DNA of 64,000 nucleotides from Octopus vulgaris (GCA_951406725.2 OX597817.1:48484001-48548000); one strand, 5' to 3'. Numbered from the stretch's first letter, positions 26,795 to 40,845 are shown. Notes: generated by a model from the sequence alone, not told the origin. Made by a program: numbers and translations.

Positions 26795-26834
<40 letters not shown>

Positions 26835-26978
26835 GAGGCGCAATGGCCCAGTGGTTAGGGTAGCGGACTCGCGGTCGTAGGATCGCGGTTTCGATTCCAC
26901 GTAAATTTCACGAGCAGGCTGTTCCGTTGATCGGATCAACCGGAACCCTCGTCGTCGTAACCGACGGAGTGCTTCCAT

Positions 26979-27064
<86 letters not shown>

Positions 27065-27065
<1 letters not shown>

Positions 27066-27244
27066 CTCTTTTACTCGTTTCAGTCATTTGACTGTGGCCA
27101 TGCTGGAGCTCCGCGTTTAGTCGAGCAAATCGACCCCAGGACTTATTCTTTGTAAGCCTAGTACTTATTCTATCGTTCTATTTTGCAGAACCGCTAAGTT
27201 ACGGGGACGAAAACACACCAGCATCGGTTGTCAAGCGATATTGG

Positions 27245-27324
<80 letters not shown>

Positions 27325-27485
27325 GACGGGCTTCTTTCAGTTTCCGTCTACCAAATCTACTCACAAGGCTTTGGTTGACCCGAGGCTATAGTAGAAGACA
27401 CTTGCCCAAGGTGCCACGCAGAGGGACTGAACCCGGAACCAGGTGGTTGGTAAGCAAGCTACTTACCACACAGCCACTCCTACGC

Positions 27486-27487
<2 letters not shown>
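27065..27487 (-). mobile_element. SINE family B
   Basis: Family match. Other copies at 5916-6165(+), 7455-7765(-), 20530-20665(-), 31612-31980(-), 36320-36685(-), 38130-38270(-) and 38760-38920(+). Confidence 0.85.
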
Positions 27488-27576
<89 letters not shown>

Positions 27577-28293
27577 CATAAGTGCTGATGCAATTCATTC
27601 GAATAAAATGTACTCCCAGGCGGTGCTCCAGCATGGCCACAGTCTAATGACTGAAACAAATGATAGAAGATACACATATATGTGTTCGTGTGTATGTGTG
27701 TGTGTGTGTGCGTGTATACGTGCAATCATTTGACTGCGGCCATGCTGGAGCACCATATGGAGTCTTTGCTAGTTAACTTGAATATTTTCAGGAACTGTGG
27801 TATTACACCGTTGACACAGGGTAGGTCGTTCTGAGAATATAAACTATTTTCTCTCTCTCTCTCTCTCTCCCTCTTTTTTTTCTAGTGGGGTAATATTTTT
27901 CATAGCCCGTTTTGTATACGACTTTACTTATAATTTGTTTTACTTTCTTATGTATAATTATTAGTTTTATTTATTTATTTATTTATTTATTCATTTATTT
28001 ATTCATTTATTCAATTTTTTTTTTTGCCTTCAGGCATTGAAAGACATACTGTGTGGCAAAAGAAACAAAACAAGCAGGCTGAGTAAGAAGGAACAGTCGA
28101 ATGCTATAGCATTTAACTAAGAGCTGGGTGATGTTTAAAAACAAAATCCAACAATAGAACACATTCCATCATGATGACAGCGAGTACAATAGTGTAGTTC
28201 TCCCGTTCCGTCAACCTTGGTTGGCCCTGTTTCTCTATTTCTCCCGCCGTCTCTCTTTCTAAGCCTCTTTCTTTCACCCCTCCGGTTCCCACA

Positions 28294-28375
<82 letters not shown>

Positions 28376-28404
28376 GTCTGTCTGTCTATCTATCTATCTT
28401 TCTT

Positions 28405-28484
<80 letters not shown>

Positions 28485-28682
28485 AACACACGGTTACACA
28501 CATGTAAATGCAAGCACCCACCATGTATGTGTGTGTGCGTGTGTACATATATTTTTGTCTTCGGCTTAAGAGTCTGACAGACGTCCGCGATACAAAGACC
28601 TTTGAGGATGCGAAACCATTGGTCACTCTATGATTGGACATAAACTTAATTACTTAATATATATGTGTGTGAGTGTATGTGA

Positions 28683-28716
<34 letters not shown>

Positions 28717-28899
28717 CAAAAATGGGACAAGAACCCAAAACATCCTGACAGTTAGGTGATAGAAAAAAGGGACAACAAAACATCCAGACAGACGATACAA
28801 AGAAAACAAGGTCGGGCCATTCGGAGTTTTCTTTCCTCAGTCGAGTTCCAGATTATCTTTGCAATTTCGGCTGGTTATACACGAGATTGCTCCAGTCTG

Positions 28900-30517
28900 G
28901 CTAACTACTGCAGGAAGGTCTAAAAGTGTAGTGCAACGAATTGTAGCTCGTTTTAAGTCATCAGGATCGACATATGCTAAACCCCAAACCGGTAGACCTC
29001 GTAAAACTTTACCAAAACAGGATCGTATTATGGTTAGAATGTTACTGAAGGAGAGGTTTAAGAATGCTGCTGAGATATCCCGCGAGTTTGGCTCCACTTC
29101 CGATATCAACGTATCGCGTAAAACAATTTCTCGCAGGTTACGAGGTCCTGGGTTGCTTGCTCGGGCACCGACAAAGAAACATCTGATCTCCAAGAAGAAT
29201 CAAAGAACCTGTCTTCGTTTTGCTCACGAACATGTCGTTTTGGACAGAATAACAAGGGTCGCAGGTTCATTTTAGCGATGAATCGAAGTTTAATGTGATT
29301 GGTTCCGACGGCGAGATGTACGTCCGACGAAGTGGCGAAAGGTTATCTTGTGCACGGGAGAAGCACACAGTGAAATATGAAGGAAGCAGTGTATTGGTAT
29401 GGGGAGCTAGCAGAATCGTTAGCACGCCGGATGAAATGCTTAGCGGTATTTCGCCTGCCACTACGTCCTGAGTTCGAATTCCGCCGAGGTCGACTTTGCC
29501 TTTCATCCTTTCGGGGTCGATTAAATAAGTACCAGTTACGCACTGGGGTCGATATAATCGACTTGATCCCCATGTCCGTCCTTGTTGGTCCTCTCTGTGT
29601 TTAGCCTCTTGTGGGTAGTAAAGAAATGGGTATTTCGCCTGCCGTTACGTTCTGAGTTCAAATTCCGCCGAGGTCGTCTTTGCCTTTCATCCTTTCGGGG
29701 TCGATAAATTAAGTACCAGTTACGCACTGGGGTCGATATAATCGACTTAATCCGTTTGTCTGTCCTTGTTTGTCTCCTCAGTGTTTAGCCCCTTGTGGGT
29801 AGTAAAGAAATAGGTATGGGGAGTGACCTCTGCTGCTGATCCTGGTCCATTTATTCGTCCAGAAGGGACTGTCAATGCTGAAATCTACGAACAGATTCTT
29901 CGACAGCATGTCCTTCCACATCTCTGATCCTCGTCAATTCAGCCTCTTATCTTCGTACAGGACAACGCTCTCTGACACACTGCGAAGAGAGTCAAAGATT
30001 GTTTTGAGAGATGAAGGGGTTGATCTCATGGACTGGTCACCTCAAATTTCCGATCTCAACCCTCTAGAAAACGTTTGGAAGATTATTGGATGGGACGCGA
30101 AGGAGAAATCCAAATAACCAAGATGAACTCTGGGAATTATTGAAAAACGAATGGAAAATTAATCCATCATTTTGCAAGAAATTAATTCAGTCTTTTGGTG
30201 TCAAGGAGTTCATTGATATTAAAGCGATGTTCACAAAAATTTAATAGTTAGGGTTTCTTTTTTGTTTTTGCTCCATTTTTTTCATTGTTTTTCTAAGTTA
30301 CCCTTAACTTTTGGCTGTTGCAGTTTGGAAGATTATTTGTTTATTTCCTCATAACTTACGAAATATTTATTCCTTTTATTTGAAATTTTCACGAAAGATA
30401 GATATTAGATATATCTAAATATGTGTAAAATATCTAGTCCCAACGTATTGTTAATCTTCCATAATAAATATTTCAATACACTTGTTCTTACTGACCCTTA
30501 TATTACGGCTGCTACTG
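28900..30517 (+). mobile_element. Tc1-like DD34E transposon relic, interrupted by a SINE dimer
   Basis: GRPRKT, VSRKTISRRL, HFSDESKFN, VLVWG|VWG, QDNA, WSPQISDLNPLENVW; right end ...ctactg|ta; frameshifts and stops. Confidence 0.9.
29404..29812 (+). mobile_element. SINE family A dimer inserted in Tc1
   Basis: TSD ggtatggggag at 29396-29406 and 29813-29823. Confidence 0.9.
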
Positions 30518-30530
30518 TACGGTATGGAAA

Positions 30531-30910
30531 GTGGAGGCGCAATGACCCAGTGGTTAGGGCAGCGGACTCGCGGTCATAGGATCGCTGTTTCGATTCCCAG
30601 ACCGAGCGTTGTGAGTGTTTATTGAGCGAAAACACCTAAAGCTCCACGAGGCTCCCCAGGAGATGGTGGCGAACCCTGCTGTACTCTTTCACCACAACTT
30701 TCTCTCACTCTTACTTCCTGTTTCTGTTGTGCCTGTAATACAAAGGGGCTAGCCTTGTCACACTTTGTGTCACGCTGAATCTTCCCGAAAACTATGTTAA
30801 GGGTACACGTGTCTATGGAGTGCTCAGCCACATGCACGTTAATTTCGCGAGCAGGCTATTCCGTTGATTGGATCAACTGGAGCCCTCGTCGTAAGCGACG
30901 GAGTGCCAAC
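30531..30910 (+). mobile_element. SINE family C (tRNA-derived), full length
   Basis: ggaggcgcaatg.cccagtggttaggg (A box), gtttcgattccc (B box), tail gttccgttgat.ggatcaactgga.ccctcgtcgt. Copies at 3042-3435, 26831-26975 (deleted), 33890-34165(-), 35485-35665(-) and 58378-58740. Confidence 0.9.
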
Positions 30911-31014
30911 AGTATGGAAAACAAAACTCGGGAGGTGATTGAGTGGTATTGTTTTGCATTTATAATAAAATAAATATATACAAATTATAAAAATGATAAA
31001 AAAGATATACAGTA

Positions 31015-31098
31015 CAGTACTGTTTCTACTTCGCGGATTTTCACCTATCGCGGGAGGCTTTGGAATGTAACGGCCGCGATAGTAGCGGGATTACTGTA
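31015..31098 (+). mobile_element. Pogo/Tigger-like right-end fragment
   Basis: ggaatgtaacggccgcgatagtagcgggattactg|ta. Confidence 0.45.
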
Positions 31099-31103
31099 TT
31101 CTA

Positions 31104-31334
31104 AGGCGGCGAGCTGGCAGAATCGTTAGCATGCCGGGCGAGATGCTTAGCGGTATTTCGTCTGCCACTACGTTCTGAGTTCAAATTCCGCCGAGGTCAA
31201 CTTTGCCTTTCATCCTTTCGGGGTTGATTAAATAAGTACCAGTTACGCACTGGGGTCGATGTAATCGACTTAATCCGTTTGTCTGTCCTTGTTTGTCCCC
31301 TCTGTGTTTAGCCCCTTGTGGGTAGTAGAGAAAT
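31104..31334 (+). mobile_element. SINE family A
   Basis: Full length; tgtattcta duplicated on both flanks. Confidence 0.85.
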
Positions 31335-32244
31335 GTGTATTCTACAATTACAATAAAATCTGTGCTACTATTATGAAACACATGCATAAAATTTATTCTG
31401 TTTTTTTATTATTTATTCAGATCAAAACGAAATCGCCTGAGAGAAATTTTATTGTCTATAAGAATCAAAGGTAAAATTGAATACAAGCGATAATTGTTTG
31501 TGACTAACCTGACCCCATTTCACACGGGTAGCAGCAGCAACAGCTCCAGGTTTAACATCTAAGTATGTCAATGCTAAAAATATTTAGTAATCTTTTCTTT
31601 TTCTTCCTTTCATCTTTTACTTGAGTCAGTCATTAAACAACGGCCATGCTGGGGCACCACCTTGAAGAAATTTTAGTTGAATGAATCGATCCCCAAGTTT
31701 TATATTTAAAGCCTAGTACTTATTCCATCGGCTCTTTTGCCGTACTTCTAAGTTACGGGGACGTAAACACACCAACACCGGTTTCAAACGGTGATGGGGA
31801 AACGAACACAAAGACACACACACACACACACACACACGATGGGCTTCTTTCAGTTTCTGCCTACCAAATATACTCGCAAGGCTTTGCTTGGCCCTATGCC
31901 ATAGTAGAAGTCCAACGTGCCACACAGTGGGACTGAACACAGAACCATGTGATCTACCACACAGCCTTAACTGCACCCATAGCAATATTTAAAAGATTAA
32001 ATTATTTTCGCAAGGAAGAAAATAAGATTGCTATGTTCCAATCTGTGCGTAAATTTAAAAACCATGTTTTTTAAACATTTTTTAAATGATCAACTGGTAA
32101 ACAACTGGTGAACAACTAGTGAACAATCAACCATGAACAAGAACGACTTTCTCTTCGGGAAATCGTTAGCTTTAATCTTTTACTTGTTTCAGTCGTTGGA
32201 CTGTGGTCATACTAGAACACTGCCTTGAGGAATTATTATTTTAT

Positions 32245-32765
<521 letters not shown>

Positions 32766-32987
32766 GAGCCGAACGAATCGTCCCCAGTATTTATTTTCTT
32801 TTTAAGCCTGTTACTTATCCTATCGGTTACTTTTGCTTACGGGGACGTAAGCACACCAACACCGGCTGTCAAGTGGTGGTGGTGGTGGTGCAAATACGAA
32901 CGAAAAGACATGCACACGCACACATACACACTTCATAATAATAATAATAATAATAATAATAGTAATAGTAGTAGTAGTAGTAGTAGT

Positions 32988-33057
<70 letters not shown>

Positions 33058-33379
33058 ATGAAGATTATTGCGAAGTAGCATCAGCATTACCTTTAATTCA
33101 TTCTTATATATAAACACAGCCTCCAAACATGTTTCTACTGCTTCGATTACTAACCGTTGCAATTGCAACCTTACTATAATACCAGTGCAGTTTCTTTCAA
33201 GGTCTTCACTTTAATATTCTTTGAGATTTAACTGGTTAAAGTTCTATGCTGATTTTCTTTGCGTTCTCTGATCTGGAGTTCTACGTTAATTTAGATGCGA
33301 ACTATTTTCAATTCAAGTATTTATTGAAGAATCAATCGTTTATTCCTCATAGTCAGTTACTTCAAAAAAATTTTCTTTA

Positions 33380-33800
33380 CTTAAATGTTTATAACTCATT
33401 TTTATTGAGCAAGGATGAATTTTCTCATATGCAGGCATCTCAAAGCTTTTTCTTGTCTAAAATTGATATTACCTCAGATGTGAAAATTTGGTAAAATCTT
33501 TCTATACATTTATTAGGTTATGGTCTGTAAGGTTTTGCAGTACTAAATAATCCCCAGTTGATAGTGTAGGCTTTGTTTCTGTTTTTAATAAGCTAGATTA
33601 ACCTACTTAGACTTGTTTAGATTTCTTTTTTTTCTTTATATTTTAATCTGTAAATGAATTTAAGTGATTAGCCAGTCTTTTCTTTTGGAAATATGTGCAG
33701 TCGCACCGATGTAAAAGTATTCATTTCTCTCAGATGTAACTTTACATCTGTATATTACATTTTTAGTTTTGCAGTTATTATTAACATAACAGGTTGAGAC
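33380..33800 (-). pseudogene. Degenerate Penelope-like GIY-YIG endonuclease fragment
   Basis: CKTKNVIYRCKVTSERNEYFYIGAT, then after frameshifts LKNRNKAYTINWGLFSTAKPYRP*PNKC; contains stops and frameshifts. Confidence 0.75.
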
Positions 33801-33815
33801 CAATTGCAGAAATAA

Positions 33816-33882
<67 letters not shown>

Positions 33883-34970
33883 TATATCGTCGTGGCACTT
33901 CGTCGAAGGTTCCAGTTGATCCGATCAACGGAAGAGCCTTCTCGTAAAATTAACGTAGTTCTCGGGGAGATTCAGCGAGACACAGAGTGTGACAAGGCTG
34001 GCCCTTTGAAATACAGGTACAACAGAAACAGGAAGAAAGAGTGAGAGAAAGTTGGGGCGAAAGAGTACAGCTGAGTCTGCCTCCACCCCCTGCTGGAACT
34101 CGTGGAACTTTAGGTGTTTTCACCCCAATAAACACTCGCAACGCTCGGTCTGGGAATCGAAACCGTGCGTAAATTTAAAAACCATGTTTTTTTTAACATT
34201 TTTTAAATGATCAACTGGTAAACAACTGGTGAACAACCAGTGAACAATCAACCATGAACAAGAACGACTTTCTCTTCGGGAAATCGTTAGCTTTAATATT
34301 TTACTTGTTTCAGTCGTTGGACTGTGGTCATGCTAGAACACTGCCTTGAGGAATTATTATTTTATAGACGCAGGAGTGGTTGTGTCGGAAGTAGCTTGCT
34401 TACCAACCACATAGTTCCGGATTCAGTCCCACAGCATGGCACCTTGGACAAGTGTCTTCAACTATAGCCTCGGGCCGACCAAAGCCTTGTGAGTGGATTT
34501 GGTTGACAGAAACTGAAAGAAGCCCGTCGTATATATGTATATGTATATATATATGTGTGTGTGTGTGTTCGTGTGTCTGTTTGTCACCCCAACATTGCTT
34601 GACAACCGATGCTGGTGTGTTTATGTCCCCGTCACTTAGCGGTTCGGCAAAAGAGACCGATAGAATAAGTACCAGGCTTCCTAAGAATAAGTTCTGGGGT
34701 CGCTTTGCTCGAGTAAAGGCGGTGCTCCTGCATGGCCGCAGTCAAATGACTGAAAGAAGTAAAAGAGTAAAAGAGTTAGAGAGCCGAACGAATCGTCCCC
34801 AGTATTTATTTTCTTTTTAAGCCTGTTACTTATCCTATCGGTTACTTTTGCTTACGGGACGTAAGCACACCCACACCGGCTGTCAAGTGGTGGTGGTGGT
34901 GGGACAAATACGAACGAAAAGACATGCACCCGCACACATACACACTTCATAATAATAATAATAATAATAA

Positions 34971-35026
<56 letters not shown>

Positions 35027-35664
35027 ATGAAGATTATTGCGAAGTAGCATCAGCATTAACTTTAATTCATTCTTATATATAAACAGCCTCCAAACACATG
35101 TTTCTACTGCTTCGATTACTAACCGTTGCAATTGCAACCTTACTATAATACCAGTGCAGTTTCTTTCAAGGTCTTCACTTTAATATCCTTTGAGATTTAA
35201 CTGGTTAAAGTTCTATGCTGATTTTCTTTGCGTTCTCTGATCTGGAGTTCTACGTTAATTTAGATGCGAACTATTTTCAATTCAAGTATTTATTGAAGAA
35301 TCAATCGTTTATTCCTCATAGTCAGTTACTTCAAAAAAATTTTCTTTACTTAAATGTTTATAACTCATTTTTATCGAGCAAGGATGAATTTTCTCATATG
35401 CAGGCATCTCAAAGCTTGTTCTTGTCTAAAATTGATATTACCTCAGATGTGAAAATTTGGTAAAATCTTTCTATATAAATGTATAGAAAGAGTGAGAGAA
35501 AGTTGGGGCGAAAGAGTACAGCAGAGTCTGCCTCCATCCCCTGCTGGAACTCGTGGAACTTTAGGTGTTTTTACCCCAATAAACACTCGCAACGCTGGGT
35601 ATCGAAACCGTGATCCTACGACCGCGAGTCCTCTGCTCTAATCACTGGGCCATTGTGCATCTAC

Positions 35665-35743
<79 letters not shown>

Positions 35744-35756
35744 GGTCCTAGATAGA

Positions 35757-35832
<76 letters not shown>

Positions 35833-36101
35833 CAACCCCTATATATAGTTGGAATTTACAAAAGAAAAAACCCCAAAAAGACGAAGACGGGTGTGTAAAC
35901 AAACAGCTGTATTAGTTTAACGCTCGGGAAGTGAGAAAGTCTTTTACGTTTCGAACCTACGCTCTTCCACAGAAAGGAACACAGAAATAAACAGGGTAAG
36001 AAAATAGAATACTAGAAAATGGTTTAGTGGCTAGCGATCAATCATGGCGAATGATTGATGTATATATATATATATACAAAATTTTCTTATTTGTATATAT
36101 A

Positions 36102-36211
<110 letters not shown>

Positions 36212-36714
36212 AAAGGAGGGAGGGTGGGAGGGAGGGATGGAGGGAGACAGACACACAGACAGACAGATAGGCGGACGGACAGATAGATAGATAGAGAGGG
36301 AGAGAGAGAGATATCTTGTTGTTAGACTGCGGCCATGCTGGGGCACCGGCTTGAGAAATTTTAGTCGAATGAACCAACCCTAGTACTTCTTTTCCTTTTT
36401 AAGTCTGGTATTTGTTTTATTGGTGTCTTTTGCCGAAACGCCAAGTTACGGAAGCATAACATAAACACACCAACAGAATTTGTGAAGCGATAGATGGGAG
36501 TCCAACACAGTCACACAGACACACACAAGACGAATTCCTTTCAGTTTTCGTTCACCAAATCCCTTCACAAGGCGTTGGTTGGCCCGAGGATATAGTGGAA
36601 GACATTTACCCTAGATACCACGCAGTAGGACTGAACCCATAATCACGCGGTAGGAAAGCAAGTTTCTTACTACACAACATTGCCTTATAAACATGCAGAA
36701 CCATTTACTATTCT

Positions 36715-36941
36715 TATTTCTTTACTGACAACAAAGGGCTACACACAGAAAGGACAAACAAGGACAGACAAACGGACTAAGTCGATTATATTGACCCCAG
36801 TGCGTAAATGGTACTTATTTAATCGACCCTGAAAGGATGAAAGGCAAAGTCGTCCTCGGCAGAATTTGAACTCAGAACGTAGCGGCAGACGAAATACCGC
36901 TAAGCATTTCGCCCGGCGTGCTAACGTCTCTGCCAGGTCGC
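36715..36941 (-). mobile_element. SINE family A with ~20-bp TSD
   Basis: tgcagaacca(t/c)ttactattct at 36694 and 36942. Confidence 0.9.
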
Positions 36942-38319
36942 TGCAGAACCACTTACTATTCTGGTGCTTTTGATTTATGCAACTTCCTATATAAGTTTAA
37001 ACATTCCTTAACAACTTCTTTGTAGCATTAGTTACAAAATCTCCCTTTTGTGCAATTTTTTTTCCTTCTGTTCCCGCAAACTTTAATACGAGTATTTTCA
37101 AGGCTAAAATTCATAATCGTTATTGAATATTACAGAAAGTAACCCTTTATTTCGTGTCACTATGCACTAACGCGGAAATATTGGGTTGTCCGGAAAGTTC
37201 GTGCCGATTTATAGTAGCTTACCTTTCGAATTACCCTCCCAAGCACCTCAGTTCTGGGAAGAGGGTATTTTCAAGTCAAAGGAAAGATGGAGACGCATTG
37301 TGCAACAAAATGGTTCATATTTGGTTGAGAGGGGAATATGTTAAATAAAATCATAATTAGCTGATCCTCTTATATTCTTTTTACCCAAAGCCAGAAACCT
37401 TTCAGCACCCCCTCGTATATATAGTCTGTACATTGTTCTTCTATAAAGCAATGAAGCTAAACGATATCACAGGACTAAATATATTACCATGAAGTTGTGT
37501 GTCCTACTGGTTATCATGTTACACTCACGATTGTTAGATTGTGGCTATGATTTCCAGACCAGGTGGTATGTTATTTTTCTAGAGCAAAACACTTCATTTC
37601 ACGTTGCTTCAGTCCGTCTAGATGAAAATTAGTAAACCAACGACAGACTGGCGTCCGTTCAAGGTTAATGCTGTGATGTCAGTCACTTATAAGACATGAA
37701 AACTGGGTAACTGACCTGAGGAGTTTTATGCCTCATTCAGAACAATACAGATATATTATCGCCTTTCTTTGATATCTCTATGTGCAAACAATCATGTCTC
37801 ACAAGGTTAGTATTCGTCTTATAGATTGAATCGGTGTCTTTGCTTATCACACGCATTTGGTTCATTATTGTTTCTGTTCATAATAAATCTTTAGGGATTA
37901 ATAGGTTATATACGGGATGTTCATGGGGGGGGGGGGGAGTGTTCGTGTCTGGAATTAGCTGAGTATTGTCATTGATTAGTTATTCCTTTCCGTTCATGAA
38001 ATAAATCTAAGTCCAAAGAGATGAAGCATATCATACCTTATAATCTTTCTTCAACATTAGTCGTCATTGTGACTATTCCTCTTCCTCAGAGGATGGTGGT
38101 CTTCATTCTAGTCTATACTGGTACAACAGACGTTTACCAAATCCCTTCACAAGGCTTTGGTTGGCCCGAGGCTATAGTAGCAGTCATTTACCCAAGGTGC
38201 CACGCAGTAGGACTGAACCCAGAATCACGTGGTTGGAAAGCAAGTTTCTTACTACACAACATTGCCTTATAAACATGCAGAACCACTTACTATTCTGGTG
38301 CTTTGTTGGTGTGTTAGAA

Positions 38320-38650
38320 GGTGACCGACGAATCCAATTCAGGCTTTGAAGGAAGGATCTTCTGCAAGTTGGACAAGTTGTTCCTTGGGGAAGATCTGGT
38401 CTGGGTTGGAATTGCTTCTCATTCCTCCTTCCTAATTTTTCTTCACATTTGTGTCTCGAATGTAGTTGTTCCTTCACAGATGATGAATCTCCAGAGGTTT
38501 CTGTCATTTGTATTTTCTTCCCAATTGTTGAAATCGATATTAAATTTTTTTATGTTCGCCCCCAGCAGATCCCTGTGTCTCTTCTTTTGTCCAGCTTTCT
38601 TCCTTTTTTTTTCTTCCTTTTTCCGTCTTTCAGATAAACAGATATTTTGC
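38320..38650 (-). mobile_element. RTE-clade LINE C-terminal relic
   Basis: GQKKRHRDLLGANIKKFNIDFNNWEENTNDRNLWRFII, followed by a CPTCRR zinc-finger-like motif. Confidence 0.75.
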
Positions 38651-38922
38651 ATCAAGTAATTAATGATTTATTATTTGCATTATATCGTATACATCACAGA
38701 AGGATAAAATATACATATGGAGAGAGTGCCCTGGTCACGTCAGGCCAGTTAATTGCCTTACAGGCGCAAGACTGGTTACACGATAAGAAGTTTACCCCTC
38801 AACCATATGGTTTCAGGTTTAGTCCCTATGCATGGAATCATGGGAAAGTGTCTTCTATTATAGCTTCGGGCCAAAGTTTTATGAGTAGATTTGGTAGACG
38901 GAAACAGAAAGAATTCCATCAT

Positions 38923-38954
<32 letters not shown>

Positions 38955-39019
38955 ACACACACACACACACATACATACATACATACATACATACATACAT
39001 ACATACATACATACATACA

Positions 39020-39055
<36 letters not shown>

Positions 39056-39246
39056 TATATATAGAGAGAGAGAGATATATATGGGTGTGTGTGATTGTGT
39101 ATAGAAGAATAGATTAATAAAAGGAATTCCAACCTTGTCTGATTTTCACGTTTTATTTACAATCTTATAATGATATATTATAAGATAATATATTATAATT
39201 GAATAAAATAAAATGAAATAGTAGAATGTTAAATGATCATTCTGAT

Positions 39247-39291
39247 TGAACTAGTACTTTCATGCATTGAATTCTGCAATCTTCGGGTTCA
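39247..39291 (-). ncRNA. Minimal type I hammerhead-like motif (U4C variant)
   Basis: Minus strand reads tgaac CCGAAGA t-tgca-gaattcaa-tgca-t GAAA GTAC TA gttca; stem III is the palindrome AGTACT. Confidence 0.65.
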
Positions 39292-39320
39292 TGTAGTAGT
39301 GGTGACAGTCATGCTTGACA

Positions 39321-39379
<59 letters not shown>

Positions 39380-39396
39380 TTTTATTTTATAGAAGG

Positions 39397-39447
39397 AGCT
39401 TCTACAGGACTAGAACTGTTTCATTCAAAAGAAATCATCAGGAAGCT
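39397..39447 (-). ncRNA. Inverted copy of the 46929-46979 hammerhead
   Basis: Reverse complement of 46929-46979. Confidence 0.8.
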
Positions 39448-39683
39448 AGGTGACAAGAATAGTTTTGGCATTTATACATTTAGGCAGGTTTAAAGGGGTG
39501 GTGGTGGGGGACTTTTTGGGGGTAGGCATGGCGCAAACTATCATTCTTAGGGGAATCAGTGATAAAGTAGATAAAAGAATAAATAGAATAATAGAGTTTA
39601 GGTAAATAAGGAGACTCTCACTTATACATATATATATATACATATACACACACACATACATATACACACACACATACATATAT

Positions 39684-39734
<51 letters not shown>

Positions 39735-39841
39735 TACATACACACATACATCCATATACACATGTACATATGCCCCCATTTACATACATCTACGTACACA
39801 CCTATACCCATACTCATACATACACACATATATCTACACAC

Positions 39842-40174
39842 ATCGGAATGACGTCAAACAGCTTTAAGACTCGTTGGTACGCCCACGCACATTCGTTCCG
39901 GCGACCTGACAAATCTAACCAAACTACTCTCGCCGCCCACATCTGGTACCTTAAAAGGAACTCCATCCCCTTCAAGATCAAGTGGAGACTACTACAGAGG
40001 GCGCGTTCGTACACAGGAGGCCATACCTGCTGTGACCTTTGCATTTCTGAGAGCCTGGAGATCTTGTTCGCCAAAGGCCCTCTCCTCAACAAGATCTCGG
40101 AACACTCCCCAAATTGTATGCACAAAATTTATGCAAACTACAAAAACTACAGACCCACCCGGCAACCCGATTGA
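39842..40174 (+). pseudogene. Penelope-like element GIY-YIG endonuclease, C-terminal fragment
   Basis: IGMTSNSFKTRWYAHAHSF...TTLAAHIWYLKRNSIPFKIKWRLL...CDLCISESLEI...LLNKISE...CMH matches the PLE endonuclease tail as I recall it (YIG, FKxR, TxLSxHIW, CxLC, LNK, CxH). Confidence 0.85.
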
Positions 40175-40239
40175 CGACACCCCACCTCCACCGTTCCCTC
40201 AGCACCCCCAATTACCTTCTCTCCTAAGACTATTCACAT

Positions 40240-40376
40240 ATTGTATGTGTACACATGTATATATGTATAGATATGTATGGGTGGAGGTATGAATATACGT
40301 ATGTATGTGTGTGCGTGTATTTACATGCGTGTATATATATGTGTATGTATATATGTGTGTATGTACATGTATGTGG

Positions 40377-40426
<50 letters not shown>

Positions 40427-40845
40427 ATATATATATATGTGTGCATATGTGTATATGTGTATATGTGTATATGTGTATATATGTATATATATATATATAT
40501 GTACGCTTGTGTGTTTATGTATATGTAGGTATGTAGATTTATGTGTATGTGTATGTATTTAGGTATATATATATACATATGTGTAAATAGGTATACATGT
40601 GTGTGTTTATATGTATGTATCCGTCTGTATGATGGGTAATTTCACGTATATATATTTATTATTTATTATTTGAGTATGCATGTATGTATATATGTATATG
40701 TTTGTATGCATGTGTGTATTTATGTATATATAGATGCGCGTGTGTGCGTGTATGTGTATGCATATGTATATACATATGTATACATTTATGTATGCGTATG
40801 TGTGTTGGTGTATATATGTGTATATATGTGTATTTGTGTGCGTTC

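Larger units (their letters stand above)
24957..26799 (+). mobile_element. Tandem array (~3.7 units, period 491/491/490 bp) of a non-coding hammerhead-containing repeat; non-LTR retrozyme-like
   Basis: Unit marker tcggtggc recurs at 24971, 25462, 25953 and 26443. Units are near-identical, (AT)n flanks both sides, and each unit has one type I HHR. Confidence 0.9.

Noticed and set aside
24957-26799. CRISPR array or ordinary satellite/rDNA
   Set aside because: No unique spacers, no cas genes and no rRNA/snRNA similarity seen; the HHR explains the unit.
30531-30605. tRNA genes at SINE heads
   Set aside because: A/B boxes are present, but I see no complete cloverleaf or acceptor stem, and they are always fused to SINE bodies.
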